A DNA stretch of 64,000 nt from Candidatus Poribacteria bacterium (GTDB lineage Bacteria; Poribacteria; WGA-4E; PCPOR2b): positions 2,560,001 through 2,624,000 of the forward strand of contig OZ244587.1 of NCBI GenBank assembly GCA_965218095.1, given 5' to 3'. The number at the start of each line of letters is the position of its first letter. Position 1 is the stretch's first letter. Positions 10,405 to 21,860 of this stretch are shown here, in pieces. Both the position numbers and the translations under genes were made by a program. The notes under the pieces were generated by a model. It was given only the letters and a program-made list of their open reading frames with translations. It ran no database searches and had not been told where the DNA came from.

Positions 10405-11877
10405 TTGCCAATGATATGTGTTGCTTCTGCAATGCTTACGCTATCAAGAGATGCAATTACACAAGCGGTTTCACCCATTGACATCGGCAATCGGCTGGAA
10501 CTGTTCGTTGACGATTATCTGATTGATGAAATAGCCGGTTCAACGCGAAGGCTACACCATCCCCAACCGCAAGAGGTCGCCTGTGTTCATGATAACCCGT
10601 GGGAGGGGAGCACCTGTGGCTATAAAACTGTGTTTCAAGATGGCGATCTTTACCGGATGTATTACCGGGGGAGTCACGTCATTTATACAACTGAGGGCTT
10701 TGACGATCCCCACCCGCAGGTGGTCTGCTACGCTGAAAGCCGCGATGGGATACGCTGGACCAAACCGGAACTTGGCTTGATTGCGTTCGATAGTGGGAGG
10801 CAGAACAACATCATTTGGGAAGGGGTTGGATCACACAACTTCACACCTTTTAAGGACGAGAATCCCGATTGCAAACCGGACGAAAAGTACAAGGCACTTG
10901 GTTCAGGCGAGGGTGGCCTGTATGCGTTCAAGTCCGCCGATGGCATCCACTGGGCACTCATGAAGGATGAACCTGTAATTATCAAAGGTGCGTTTGACTC
11001 ACAGAACCTCGCCTTTTGGGATACGATACGCGGCGAATACCGTGAATACCATCGCGATTTTCGTGAGGGACGCGACATCCGCACAGGGACATCGAAAGAT
11101 TTCCTCAATTGGTCTGAGCCTGACTGGCTGGAATACTCGCCCGGCCGGGTCAGCGAACTGTACACGAATCAGATTATCCCATACTACCGCGCCCCGCATA
11201 TCTTCCTCGGCTTTCCAACCCGATATACCGATCGGGGGTGGGCAGAATCGACGAAAGCCTTGCCGCAGCTTGAGTATCGCCGCCTCCGAGGTAGTAAATC
11301 TCAGCGCGAGGGGACAGCCGTGACGGATGGAATGTTCATGAGCAGTCGTGATGGGCACCATTTCAACATCTGGCCAGAGTCGTTTATCCGTCCCGGCTTG
11401 CAGTTGAGAGATAACTGGTTCTACGGCGACAATTATCAGAATTGGGGATTGGTCGAGACAAAATCGCACATTGATGGCGCGCCCGATGAGATTTCCGTCT
11501 ATGTCGGCGAAGCCTCGCATCAGGGGGATGATTGTCGCTGGCGGCGTTTCACGCTGCGAATTGATGGATTTGTCTCAATGCAGGCGCCGTTGAGCGGTGG
11601 GGAATTTGTAACGAAGCCTCTGGTCTTCAAAGGAGACCATCTCGTCATTAACTTCTCAACCTCTGGGGTGGGCAGTATTCAAATCGAAGTTCAGGATGCA
11701 TCCGGCGACGCCATCCCCGGCTTTAGACTGGGCGATTGTCCAGAGGTCTTCGGCGATGACCTCGAACGGATAGTAACGTGGAAGAATGGTGCAGATGTGG
11801 GGCGACTTTCAGGGCAACCCGTCCGTTTGCGATTTCTGTTAAAGGATGCAGACCTTTATTCAATTCGATTCAGTTAA
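10405..11877 (+). CDS. Five-bladed beta-propeller glycoside-hydrolase-like protein; start uncertain
   Basis: ELFVDDYLI, YAESRDGIRWTKP, FDSQN, LRIDGFVS, ADLYSIRF. Confidence 0.75.
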   Translation: MPMICVASAMLTLSRDAITQAVSPIDIGNRLELFVDDYLIDEIAGSTRRLHHPQPQEVACVHDNPWEGSTCGYKTVFQDGDLYRMYYRGSHVIYTTEGFDDPHPQVVCYAESRDGIRWTKPELGLIAFDSGRQNNIIWEGVGSHNFTPFKDENPDCKPDEKYKALGSGEGGLYAFKSADGIHWALMKDEPVIIKGAFDSQNLAFWDTIRGEYREYHRDFREGRDIRTGTSKDFLNWSEPDWLEYSPGRVSELYTNQIIPYYRAPHIFLGFPTRYTDRGWAESTKALPQLEYRRLRGSKSQREGTAVTDGMFMSSRDGHHFNIWPESFIRPGLQLRDNWFYGDNYQNWGLVETKSHIDGAPDEISVYVGEASHQGDDCRWRRFTLRIDGFVSMQAPLSGGEFVTKPLVFKGDHLVINFSTSGVGSIQIEVQDASGDAIPGFRLGDCPEVFGDDLERIVTWKNGADVGRLSGQPVRLRFLLKDADLYSIRFS

Positions 11878-11908
11878 TATATCGAATTTCACAGTAGATA
11901 TAAAATAG

Positions 11909-11941
11909 AGAAACCGAGTTTTTGACAAAAACTCGGTTTCT
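11909..11941. terminator. Palindrome / bidirectional terminator between convergent genes
   Basis: agaaaccgagttttt-gac-aaaaactcggtttct. Confidence 0.6.
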
Positions 11942-11987
11942 GCGCCTGTGCTTATCGAAGTAGCAACTCGAATTAATTTACATTGGA

Positions 11988-13010
11988 TTAAGGGGTGGGT
12001 GCGTCTTCACGCAGCAGTCCTTCTGCCTTTAGATCGCTCCAAAGATCCGCAGGGATAGGGTGTTCGAATATTTCGACATTCGATTGAATGTGCTCTGGCG
12101 TGAGGGCACCCGGAATGGCTGCGGCGACGATAGGATGCGCCAGCGGGAACTGTAATGCGGCTGCCCGTAGCGGCACACCATGTCGATCGCAGATGGCTTC
12201 AATGCGCCGCGTTTTTTCCAATACCTCGGCAGGTGCCGGGGCATAGGCGTAAAACGCATTCTCCGTTGGGCCTGTCGCCAGAATGCCGGAGGCAAATACC
12301 GCGCCAATCACCACACCGATGCCTCGCTCAACGCATTGTGGAAATTCAGCGTCCAAGACATCCTGATCTAACAGCGTATACGGCATCGCAACGATAAAGA
12401 AATCAAGGTCCACCATCTCCAAAAAGCGCGGGATGGTGCCCAATTGGTTCACGCCAGCCCCTACTCCTTTTATTTGCCCGCTGGAACGAAGCTCGTCAAG
12501 CGCGCGCCAACCACTGGTGCAGAGTTGCGTCATGTGAGCGGTGATCCGCGCATCGTTCACGTGAAATAAGTGGTCGAGATCGTGGATGAGAAGGAGATCG
12601 ACAGAATTCAAACCGAGCCGCTGAAGGCTGTCTTCATAGGAGCGCATGATTCCGTCGTAACTATAGTCAAACACAACATCGAAAGGCAGCCCCCCTGCCC
12701 ACATCCCTTTGTCGAAATTATCAAGGTCGCGCGTCGCCCGCAGCACACGCCCGACTTTGGTAGAAAGCACAAATTCCTGGCGTGGCTGTTCGCGGAAAAA
12801 CTGTCCGAAACGATGTTCACTTTTCCCATACCCGTAGAACGGTGCCGTATCGAAGTAGCGCACGCCGGCATCCCATGCCGCTTGAAGTGTCATCTGCGCT
12901 TGCGTTTCGCTAATGATTTCGAAGAGATCTCCTAGCGGCGCCCCGCCGAAACTCAATTTGGTTAAGGCAACCTCCGTACGCCCTAAGTTGCTTGTCGCTA
13001 TGTTACCCAT
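11988..13010 (-). CDS. Aldo/keto reductase (D-threo-aldose/L-fucose dehydrogenase-like)
   Basis: YFDTAPFYGYGKSE, LSTKVGR, FDYSYDG, IHD. Confidence 0.9.
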   Translation of the reverse strand: MGNIATSNLGRTEVALTKLSFGGAPLGDLFEIISETQAQMTLQAAWDAGVRYFDTAPFYGYGKSEHRFGQFFREQPRQEFVLSTKVGRVLRATRDLDNFDKGMWAGGLPFDVVFDYSYDGIMRSYEDSLQRLGLNSVDLLLIHDLDHLFHVNDARITAHMTQLCTSGWRALDELRSSGQIKGVGAGVNQLGTIPRFLEMVDLDFFIVAMPYTLLDQDVLDAEFPQCVERGIGVVIGAVFASGILATGPTENAFYAYAPAPAEVLEKTRRIEAICDRHGVPLRAAALQFPLAHPIVAAAIPGALTPEHIQSNVEIFEHPIPADLWSDLKAEGLLREDAPTP

Positions 13011-13369
13011 TGATTCCCTCCAAGCTAAACTATTATCCGTTATTGGTGAAAAACTCGTCTTAGTGCGATAATCCGCTCGGCGATGAAATCACCGAGCTAT
13101 AGGGCAACGTCCAATCAATTGGACTTTTGGTCTGGCCTATCAGTCCGATTCATCATTAAGAATAACACCTGACTTTAACGTTGTCAAGCGTTACGTGTTC
13201 GCTGGCGAGCCTGGCTTCTCCTTTGAGTGAACTTGTGATTAGACGGAATCTGATCCAAATCAATTGTCTATGAAACAAAACAGAATATAGATTGCTATCC
13301 TGTTCCGTTTTTTCTCTCTTTGTTCTCTTTGATTCAAAATGAATTCTCGGATCAACGATAACCAATAGG

Positions 13370-13896
13370 GTAACCGTTCAGGTGGTGGAGCGGGGAAAAT
13401 TTATCTTGACAGCAGATTCATTTTGGTGTATCAATAAGACGACGATAAAGGAGGTAATTTCCGCTGATGTCCCTACCGGATTCGATGCCAATTACTCAAG
13501 AAGATTTGAAGCGCAACAGGTGTTCCATTTGTGGCGCCGGGTGCGAGATGGCACATTGGACCGGACATCTTTTTCCGCTGTCATTCGACCGATAAAGCAG
13601 CGAGTTGGAGAGCTGCTGCACAAGGGGAGGATCAGTGATCACCCCAAAACGGCGAAGACGTGTGCTAATCTCTTGAAGATCGAGTTGTCGCTATGGACGT
13701 TTGTTTCTGTTGAGGGTGTCGAATGGATAATGATAGTAGTTGCTACCCTCAAGCAGCAGAAGCGGAATGTGCTAGAATATCTTCAATCGGTCTGCTTGGC
13801 TCAGATTCGTGGCGAAAAAGCGCCTTCCTTACTTCCCAATCCAACACCCGAAAGCCAACCCACGGTGTAGTCCCATAGACCACCTGAACGGGTTAC
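13370..13896 (+). mobile_element. Internally deleted IS66-family element with both terminal inverted repeats
   Basis: gtaaccgttcaggtggt ... accacctgaacgggttac; residual transposase C-terminus LWTFVSVEGVE...VVATLKQQKRNVLEYL...PSLLP. Confidence 0.75.
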
Positions 13897-14033
13897 GTCT
13901 AGGAATTCTCTAAAGAGGCAGCAACAACAGATGCCCAGACAGCTTTGCAAGAACTCTGCACAGGCATATTTGAAAGCGAAGAAAATTTAGCCAAGAATCA
14001 CGATTTCTTTTTGTATGAAACAGGATAATACCA

Positions 14034-15959
14034 ATGCGACACGTCATTATCGGCACCGCCGGACACGTTGACCACGGAAAATCTGCACTGATACACGCCC
14101 TCACCGGAATCGAAACCGATCGGCTCAAGGAGGAGAAAGAGCGTGGGTTGTCGATCGAGTTGGGGTTTGCCTACTTCGATCTGCCCGACGGTTCACGCGC
14201 TGGAATCGTTGATGTCCCCGGACATGAAAGGTTTATCCGAAACATGCTCTCCGGGGCGTACGGGATGGACATTGTGCTGCTTGTCGTAGATGCGAAGGAG
14301 GGCGTGCAGGAGCAGACGCTGGAACACTTGGAGATTCTTGATCTGCTCGGTATCTCGACAGGCATCCTCGTGATGACGAAGGTGGATCTGGTGACGCCGG
14401 ATCAATTGGCAGAATCGGCGGAGATGTCGCAGGAAATGTTGATGGGGACAACCCTCGACGGTTCACCCACGGTCCATGTCTCAGCAGTGACGGGCGAAGG
14501 TTTGGATGAACTCAAGCGGCTGATCGTGGCTTGCGTGGACACCGCCGCGAAAACAGAAAGGCGCGATGACATCCCACGTATATATGTGGATCGGGTTTTC
14601 ACGATGACGGGGTTTGGCGCAGTGGCGACTGGGACGCTGATAGGCGGCTCAATCCACCGCGAACAACGGTTAATCAGCCTGCCGCAGGGCCGCGAAGTAC
14701 GTGTTCGCGGCGTACAAGTTCATAACGAAACTGCGGAACAAGCCCAGCCAGGGCAGCGAACAGCCTTGAACCTGTCGGGCATCACCAAAGATGAGATCGA
14801 GCGTGGAAACGTTCTCTGTCCGAGCGGGTTTTCCAAGGTCACAGACAATATCGACGTGTCTATCAATCTTCTGTCGTCTTTCCCAAGAATGCTCGAACAT
14901 TGGTCACGACTACGATTTTATCTGGGTACGAGCGAGACGTTTTGCCGGGCAATCCCGCTTGTGGACGAAGCGATCCTGCCGGGGGATTCAGCACAAATAC
15001 AACTACGCCTTGAAAGACCGATTTTGACCTTCAAGGGAGATCGATTCATTGTGCGTGATTTCTCAGCGCAATTCACCGTTGGGGGCGGACAAGTAATCAA
15101 TCCATTTGCACCTCGCCACGAGCGCTTCACGGAAGAGACTCTTGAGGTGCTGGATCAATGGGAAAATGCTGACGATGCAGAAGTTGTGAGGCTTGTATTG
15201 GCACAAAGCCGTGAGCTCTGTGTCCCGGAAGACTTACTCCGCTACTACCTGCCCTACTCTGATGCAGACTTTCGAGCATTCCTAAAAGACCTCGAAGGTC
15301 GTCAAGAAATTGTACGCTGGCAGGGGGGAACGCCGCTCATTTCTGCGGTGGACCGGACGAAACGAGCGCAAGCAGATCTGATTGACGCTTTAGGGCGTTT
15401 CCATGAACAGCAGCCACTCACGTCCGGTCAAAATGCCTCTCAACTCCGTATCCAACTCCGTTTGGATGAAATCGGCTTTGATAAGATCGTTGATTTGCTG
15501 AGTCGGCAGGAGCAGGTTGTCAAAGACGGGAATCTTCTGCGGTTGTCATCGCATCAAATCCAATTTTCCGGGGCAGAGGAAGAAATCAAGGAGAAGGTTG
15601 AGGAGCTCTTCTTGAATGCCGAAATCAATACCCTGAACCTAGGTGGATTGACCGCGCAGTTGTCAGAATATCCGTCACAGTCGGTTCAGCAGACGTTTTA
15701 CGCGCTGATGAATCTTGGGCGATTCATCAAGATTGCAGACGACTTTTTTGTTCATGTCCAGACGTTTGAGAAAATCGTCAATTCCCTTACCGATTACCTT
15801 CAGAAACATGGTATAATAACCGTTGCGGAATTCCGCGAACTTGCACAAACCAGCAGGAAATACGCCGTGCCTTTCCTTGAATATTGCGATGGTCAGGGAA
15901 TCACGATTCGTGAGGGGAATCACCGCCGTCTACGAAAATCCACGAAGCGTGAAACGTGA
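14034..15959 (+). CDS. selB: Selenocysteine-specific translation elongation factor
   Basis: [38 protein letters not shown]-terminal [14 protein letters not shown] winged helix; adjacent tRNA-Sec. Confidence 0.97.
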   Translation: MRHVIIGTAGHVDHGKSALIHALTGIETDRLKEEKERGLSIELGFAYFDLPDGSRAGIVDVPGHERFIRNMLSGAYGMDIVLLVVDAKEGVQEQTLEHLEILDLLGISTGILVMTKVDLVTPDQLAESAEMSQEMLMGTTLDGSPTVHVSAVTGEGLDELKRLIVACVDTAAKTERRDDIPRIYVDRVFTMTGFGAVATGTLIGGSIHREQRLISLPQGREVRVRGVQVHNETAEQAQPGQRTALNLSGITKDEIERGNVLCPSGFSKVTDNIDVSINLLSSFPRMLEHWSRLRFYLGTSETFCRAIPLVDEAILPGDSAQIQLRLERPILTFKGDRFIVRDFSAQFTVGGGQVINPFAPRHERFTEETLEVLDQWENADDAEVVRLVLAQSRELCVPEDLLRYYLPYSDADFRAFLKDLEGRQEIVRWQGGTPLISAVDRTKRAQADLIDALGRFHEQQPLTSGQNASQLRIQLRLDEIGFDKIVDLLSRQEQVVKDGNLLRLSSHQIQFSGAEEEIKEKVEELFLNAEINTLNLGGLTAQLSEYPSQSVQQTFYALMNLGRFIKIADDFFVHVQTFEKIVNSLTDYLQKHGIITVAEFRELAQTSRKYAVPFLEYCDGQGITIREGNHRRLRKSTKRET

Positions 15960-16028
15960 TGACCAAATGATCTCCTGGATCAATCGCTTGACTTTAGGCA
16001 CTTTAGCTCACTCCACGCACTTTCTTCC

Positions 16029-16122
16029 GGGAGGGGATAGGGTCCGGTGGCTCTACTGGTCTTCAAAACCAGCTTGCCCATGCAAGTGGGTAGGTGGGTT
16101 CGACTCCCACCCTCTCCCGCCA
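16029..16122 (+). tRNA. selC: tRNA-Sec (anticodon UCA)
   Basis: 8-bp acceptor gggagggg/cctctccc; anticodon arm ctggt-cttcaaa-accag; long variable arm; T arm gtggg-ttcgact-cccac; encoded GCCA end. Confidence 0.95.
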
Positions 16123-16140
16123 CTTAGAGCCCACAAACAA

Positions 16141-16183
16141 AAAAAGAGGAGATGAAATTCTCACGAATCTATCTCCTCTTTTT
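16141..16183. terminator. Bidirectional intrinsic terminator between selC and degP
   Basis: aaaaagaggagat...atctcctcttttt. Confidence 0.65.
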
Positions 16184-16211
16184 CCGCTTCGCTTTACACT
16201 CCAGATTTCCT

Positions 16212-17777
16212 TTACTTACCCCTCGGCTTGTTTCTCAGCGGAACGAATTGAGGTGTGCCAGTTTCACGCCGCCTGACGACTAACAGAATCAGAGATTCAT
16301 CTTTAACCTCTTTGATTCGTTTTTGATATTCACGCACGTTCGCAATCTCCATATCCTCAATTTCTTGAATGAGATCGCCCTTTCTGATACCGGCTTCGGC
16401 GGCAGAGCTTCTTCGCTCAACGCTGACGACAAGCACGCCTGTTTCGCCCTCAAATCCATAACGTGCCGCCCACTCGCTGGTCAGATCCCGCACATGGAGT
16501 CCCGCAAACGCTTGTCCATTTTCTTCATTAGAGACAAAGCGGGGCGGTCTCTCTGTTAAAGCATCAACGACCGCTTGAGTCCGCTTTTCAAGCTCGATCT
16601 TTAACACTTTCTCTTTGCCCCTGCGGATGACCTTGACCTCGACTGTTCTTCCGACATCCGTGGCAGCGACAACGTCACGAAGATGCTTCACATTACGGAT
16701 ACGCACGTTATCAAATTCGACAATCACATCACCATGGCGGACGCCACCTTTGGCTGCTGGCATGCCTTTACCAACCATTCTAACCAGGGCGCCTTGGGGC
16801 TCCCCAAGTTTTAATTTTTCTGCCAAGTCGTAGTTGATCGGCTGGAGTGAAACCCCCAACCATCCGCGTTCAACTTCCCCTTTCTCAATCAACTGGGTCA
16901 TGATCCGTTTTGCGAGATTAATCGGGATGGCGAATCCAACCCCGGCATTGCCTTGTGAGAATCCGCCGGTGGCAATTGCCGTATTAATGCCGATTAACTC
17001 ACCACGGATGTTAATGAGTGCGCCGCCGCTGTTACCGCGATTGATTGCGGCGTCGATCTGGATGAAGTCCGCATACTCGACAATGCCAATATCTGAGCGT
17101 CCTTTCGCACTGACCATCCCGCGTGTCACCGTTTGGGCGAATCCGAATGGGCTCCCGATGGCAATCACCCACTCTCCAACCTGAAGCGCTTCCGAGTCTC
17201 CAACAGGCAAGACGGGTAGATTTTCTCCATCAATCTTCAGGATAGCGAGATCTGTTCCTTGATCACCCGCGTCTCTTCCAATGACTTTCGCATGATATTC
17301 TCCCCCATCCGGCAAGATAACCTGAATGTCTTCCGCGCCTTCAATGACATGGTTGTTCGTTAAGATGTAACCGTCTTCGCTGACAATGACACCGGATCCG
17401 AGCCCCCCCACCTCTCGCTTGTCTTCTTCACGTTCATCTGAATCACGCCGTTCACGACGATCCCGGGGACCGAACCAAAAATCGAACAAATCATCATCAC
17501 CGAAAAAATCGAAAGGACGCTGTGAACGGCGCGTTGAGACCAACCGCGTTGTCGTAATTTGCACAACGGCGGGTTTTGCACGATTTACCACTTCAATGAA
17601 TGCACGGTTTGCCCGTTCCAAATATTCAAAATCCTGACTAAAGTTTTCACTGGTTTGACCAATTGCGGTCTGAGAGGTAAAAGTGTGATTATCTATGCGC
17701 ACCGTCACACCGACAACGATTATTAACGCCACAACAACGAGTGAAACTATCCATTTGGTTGAATTTGACTTAAGCAT
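16212..17777 (-). CDS. degP: Do/DegP-HtrA serine protease with two PDZ domains
   Basis: GSGVIV, ILTNNHV, DAAINRGNSGG, RGWLGV; N-terminal anchor; RBS ggaggg. Confidence 0.9.
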   Translation of the reverse strand: MLKSNSTKWIVSLVVVALIIVVGVTVRIDNHTFTSQTAIGQTSENFSQDFEYLERANRAFIEVVNRAKPAVVQITTTRLVSTRRSQRPFDFFGDDDLFDFWFGPRDRRERRDSDEREEDKREVGGLGSGVIVSEDGYILTNNHVIEGAEDIQVILPDGGEYHAKVIGRDAGDQGTDLAILKIDGENLPVLPVGDSEALQVGEWVIAIGSPFGFAQTVTRGMVSAKGRSDIGIVEYADFIQIDAAINRGNSGGALINIRGELIGINTAIATGGFSQGNAGVGFAIPINLAKRIMTQLIEKGEVERGWLGVSLQPINYDLAEKLKLGEPQGALVRMVGKGMPAAKGGVRHGDVIVEFDNVRIRNVKHLRDVVAATDVGRTVEVKVIRRGKEKVLKIELEKRTQAVVDALTERPPRFVSNEENGQAFAGLHVRDLTSEWAARYGFEGETGVLVVSVERRSSAAEAGIRKGDLIQEIEDMEIANVREYQKRIKEVKDESLILLVVRRRETGTPQFVPLRNKPRGK

Positions 17778-17856
17778 TTGTAGACCCTCCTTTTCTAGTT
17801 CGGAACACACCGCTATCTAAGTGAAAGTTTCAAAAAAAACATGGCACTTTTGACAT

Positions 17857-17894
17857 AAAAAAAGCGTCCTGCGTTTGCATGCAGGACGCTTTTT
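17857..17894 (-). terminator. Intrinsic terminator after hsp20
   Basis: aaaaaaagcgtcctgc-gtttgcat-gcaggacgcttttt. Confidence 0.7.
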
Positions 17895-17907
17895 GCAAAT
17901 CAAGTGG

Positions 17908-18345
17908 CTATTCAACGCGGACTTGAATCTCTTTGGGTTTGACTTTTTCTACTTTTGGAATGGATACGGTCAACACGCCATTCGTGAATTTTGCTTTGAT
18001 GTCTTCAGGATTCAAGTTCGACGGCAATGTGAAAGATCGTTGGAAGCGACCGTAACTCCGTTCAACACGATGATACTTTGGGGCTTTCTCCTCGCTTTCA
18101 TGCTTTTTTTCACCTTTGAGCGTGAGGACATCATCTGTCACGGAAACATGGACATCCGTCTCGGAAAGTCCCGGAATTTCGGCACGGATTTCAACGTGAT
18201 CATCCGCTTCTAAAATGTCAACTGCTGGCAGCCAATCCAAACTACCATGCTCAGCACGATAGCGTGCTGGCCTGTGCCAATCGTCAAAAAATCGATCCAT
18301 CTCATTGAGATCCTGTATCGGTCTCCATGTAGCTAGGCTTGTCAT
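17908..18345 (-). CDS. Hsp20/alpha-crystallin small heat-shock protein
   Basis: PAVDI, AEIPG, ERSYGRFQRSFTLP, NGVLTVSIPK; RBS aggagg. Confidence 0.95.
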   Translation of the reverse strand: MTSLATWRPIQDLNEMDRFFDDWHRPARYRAEHGSLDWLPAVDILEADDHVEIRAEIPGLSETDVHVSVTDDVLTLKGEKKHESEEKAPKYHRVERSYGRFQRSFTLPSNLNPEDIKAKFTNGVLTVSIPKVEKVKPKEIQVRVE

Positions 18346-18421
18346 TTTTTGTTCCTCCTATTTCGCAATTTTTTGCTTTGGTTATTGAATGCTTTTACAT
18401 CATTTAGACGATCCAATGTAG

Positions 18422-18437
18422 AGCAAGTCGCGTGCCA
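18422..18437 (-). promoter_or_regulatory. Sigma54 (-24/-12) promoter of hsp20
   Basis: Minus strand TGGCACG-cgac-TTGCT, an exact consensus match about 77 bp upstream of the ATG. Confidence 0.75.
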
Positions 18438-18711
18438 AATCTTGTTCCTGATAAAAACCGGAAAGGAGAAAAAAGGCCAAATACTCTGGTTCAACGGGGA
18501 TTTCACAGCATATGTTGTGTGATTTGGCTTGCCATAAATTCGGAGAAATTACTGCCAGTTTTGCCACTTGACAGCGTCTGAGAGCGGTTCATTGGGTGCC
18601 AAGATGACAATCTACGATTGGTGCGTAACAACCGTATGTCATTATGGCATATTTTGCCATCAGGCTATCACGCAACAACGGTATGTCATTTTGACCTATT
18701 TCCCTTCACTG

Positions 18712-19563
18712 CTATGAACCTTGTCCCTCGGTCAATAACCGATGGAGGCTGCTGCCAAGGATCTGCGCTTTGTCGGCGTCTGGGATGAACGCGCAGTGTG
18801 TGCGGAATGCTTCGAGGGCATGTTGGTAGGTCATGTAGGAACGAACCACGGGGTAGTCCGAACCCCAACAGAGGCGACCGGGACCGAAATGCTCGTAGAT
18901 TGCGCGGACGATCCAGCTAGTATCGGAGTAAGGATAGTCCCATGAAAGCTGGGAGGCATAGGCAAATCCAGACATCTTGATGTAGATATTCGGCGCCTTT
19001 GCGGATGCAAGAATTTCCTTCAACCTCGGATATGGCGGTTCTTCGCTAGCTCTTGCGCCGCCCATGTGATGGCACAGAAAGGGAACCGAGGGGAACTGTG
19101 CGGCGAGTTTTCGCAAAGGTGCCTGTTGGTGTGGCCCCATTGCGATGCTGGCAATCAACCCACGGTCTGTGGTTGTCTGAAAGAACCGCTGTCCCTCGTC
19201 TGAAAAGAACCAGTTTCCGTCGTCATCTCCCGTCAGATAGTGCGTGTAGCCCTTCAACGCATATTTATCCGCAGCCTCCGCGAGACGGTCTGCGGCACCA
19301 GGGGTATGGTAGGTCTCCGTCCATGAGCAATCAACGTCCGCAAACTGGATGATGCGATCCGGATAACGTTTGGCGCACTCAAAGATATAGTCGTTGTTGT
19401 CAGGGTTATGATCGATTCGCGCACAAACCAGAACAGCTTGATCGACACCGTGTTGATCCATTTCGTGAAGAAGTTGCTCAATTCTTCCACGGCTTTCATC
19501 ATCAGGAACAGGGGGCTGATAGGGCCAGCGTGGCCATGCGTGGGTGTGTGAATCGATGATCAT
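18712..19563 (-). CDS. Amidohydrolase_2 family protein
   Basis: IIDSHTH, CHHMG, YIKMSG, WGSDYP; RBS aaggag. Confidence 0.9.
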   Translation of the reverse strand: MIIDSHTHAWPRWPYQPPVPDDESRGRIEQLLHEMDQHGVDQAVLVCARIDHNPDNNDYIFECAKRYPDRIIQFADVDCSWTETYHTPGAADRLAEAADKYALKGYTHYLTGDDDGNWFFSDEGQRFFQTTTDRGLIASIAMGPHQQAPLRKLAAQFPSVPFLCHHMGGARASEEPPYPRLKEILASAKAPNIYIKMSGFAYASQLSWDYPYSDTSWIVRAIYEHFGPGRLCWGSDYPVVRSYMTYQHALEAFRTHCAFIPDADKAQILGSSLHRLLTEGQGS

Positions 19564-19787
19564 AGAATTCTCCTTATATTTGTATTTATTGACGCAACGT
19601 GATGGGTGTGAAATACCCTGATTTCCGGTTTTAATCAATCTGCTTTTCACATACCATGAAAACGAAATCTAAAATACCAAAGACTTTGTTCAGATCGCTA
19701 ATTGAATACGAAATTGGATGCTTCTGCGGTATCACAAAATTCGTGAGAATCTATTCCTGAAACGTGAACCATCTCACGCATCACATT

Positions 19788-20849
19788 TCACGCCTTACCT
19801 CCAAACCGAACTCCCGTTGGAATCACACCCGTATCCTCGCCGCGCCCCATTGCCTCTGCGGTATCGAGGATACTTTGGAGGTCGTGTTTTGGCTGATACC
19901 CCAGCAGGTTTTTGATTTTACTGAGATCAAACTCAAAATAGTTCGACGCTGGCAATCTCGCTTCAATGTAATCCAGATTATATCGATTGGAGAGATAGGG
20001 AACAACCTCGTCCCAGGCGAACAATGCCGCGCCGCCAAGCGTAAATTCCTCGCCGATAGCCGCATCCTTTTCGAGCCCCAAAACCAACCCTTGAACGATG
20101 TCGCGGACATCGGTAAACTCTTATTTGTATGGACACCCGTTGGGATTTCGACTAAGCAGAAATTTCTCCTCGCCTGTCCAAAGCAATTTAATGGTTTGGA
20201 TCATCTCCTGTTCCGCCGGATCCTCGCCTGTTTGATCCTTATAGCACTCATACACTGGACTAAAGAGAAAGAGTTTCGGCAATCCATCTTCATTGAGAAA
20301 TTCGCCGGGTTCGATTACTGTTGCAAAACGAAAGACCGTCGTGGGGACGCCATACTGATAGTGATAGGTCATGCACAGTTCTTCGCCAATCCACTTCGTC
20401 AGGAAGTACGGCATTTGATGATAACGGCTCACCATCTCCTCGGTGATTGATTCCTCGAAGAAGCATCCTTTCTCCGTCAAACGCTAATAGATCGCCTCTG
20501 TGCAGGCATAAACCAGACGATGGAGATTCGGGAGGTCGGTGCGGATGCACTCCAGAATATTGAGCGTTCCCATCCCATTGATATTCAGGTATTGCAGGTT
20601 ATCGAACGGTACGCTAAACGCGGCGGCGAGGTGATAGATCGCGTCCATGCCTTCGACTGCCCGCTTCACATCGGCGAAGTTCCGCAGATCTCCGACAACG
20701 GTTTCGACCCGATCGTAACCATTAAGCTTGTTCGCACGACTCGCGTCACCGGGGTAAACGAAACTGCGGATGTCGTGGCCCCTAGCAAGCAGGACTTTCA
20801 CAAGATTTGCCCCGATTCTGCCTGTTCCGCCTGTGACTAAAATCCTCAT
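19788..20849 (-). pseudogene. NAD-dependent epimerase/dehydratase with two in-frame stops
   Basis: ILVTGGTGRIG, YHLAA, YFLTK; same frame interrupted by TAG (20484-20486) and TAA (20121-20123). Confidence 0.85.
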
Positions 20850-20906
20850 CCATCGCCTCCTTAATTTTATATCCACCCATATCTTCGTTGCGGAAACATG
20901 ATGCAT

Positions 20907-21413
20907 TCAGATTTCTTCCTCGTCATACGAATCTCCGCTTGCCGTATCAGATTCGAGCGGCGGAGGTGAAGGGCCTTCTGCTTCCCGCTTGACAAGAACT
21001 GCCCGACCGGCGACAACCAGTGAAGTCCAGCCGAGCAGTCCAACGATTGCGCCGGCGGCAGCGGCAATTCCTGCGGCTTTTCCTGTCGAGATTTTCTCCA
21101 GCGTTTTCTCATCAAACTCACAGGAGATATTTTTCGGATTTCGCAATGCAAAACCGCGTTTGTTGCCCTGATGCCAATACTCAATCGTTGGTGCGGTGTC
21201 ACCTTCCGTTTTTATGTTTCCCTTCAAGGATGGCGCGTCTACTTCTAAGGTGCTTTCGCCGCGTTCACCAACCCATACCGCTTTGGCGCCCGTAACCCCT
21301 TCCTCACCTTCAATGGATTCAAAATTGACACGCGCAAGCAGCGTATCTGTAATTTTGAGAACGATCTTTTTGAATTTCGATGCAGATAAGACCCAGTTTT
21401 CTAAACTCATCAT
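20907..21413 (-). CDS. Hypothetical protein with a C-terminal hydrophobic segment
   Basis: 168-aa ORF with RBS gagga. Confidence 0.55.
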   Translation of the reverse strand: MMSLENWVLSASKFKKIVLKITDTLLARVNFESIEGEEGVTGAKAVWVGERGESTLEVDAPSLKGNIKTEGDTAPTIEYWHQGNKRGFALRNPKNISCEFDEKTLEKISTGKAAGIAAAAGAIVGLLGWTSLVVAGRAVLVKREAEGPSPPPLESDTASGDSYDEEEI

Positions 21414-21772
21414 ACATTCTCCTCATTTGAAAGGTTTCTGATCCTCGGAAATTGTGTCCATTATCCCACATTTTCCGACAAAACGCAAGGACAGAAAATT
21501 GTTGAAAACAGAATCAACGTTTTTTGACACAGTGATTGAAACTATACTTCCGCATTTTTCAGGGCGACATTTTAACACCTGTGAAGTGCATTAAGTGAGC
21601 TAAAGTTGAGGGTTCGGCGCATCAAATGACAACATGACTTTCTTCAATCCCGCATGACAAGCGGACTTTCAGAAAGGGGCTGCCCCAAAAGTTGCCGCCA
21701 GACCCATTCCCAGAACTGGTGTGGATTCTAACGGTTGTTAAGAAACTAGACCAAATTCTGCGGAAGTATAGA

Positions 21773-21801
21773 TTGAAATCTGTTCCCTACAATGCTACAA
21801 T
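21773..21801 (+). promoter_or_regulatory. Putative sigma70 promoter
   Basis: TTGAAA-N17-TACAAT with extended -10 TG. Confidence 0.45.
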
Positions 21802-21860
21802 ACTACCATACACATATGCTTCTATCCTTGTTCCTTAACCAAAAAAGTGGAGGAATGATT

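Noticed and set aside
16029-16200. Integrative element at tRNA-Sec
   Set aside because: No integrase and no duplicated tRNA 3' end were seen in the window.
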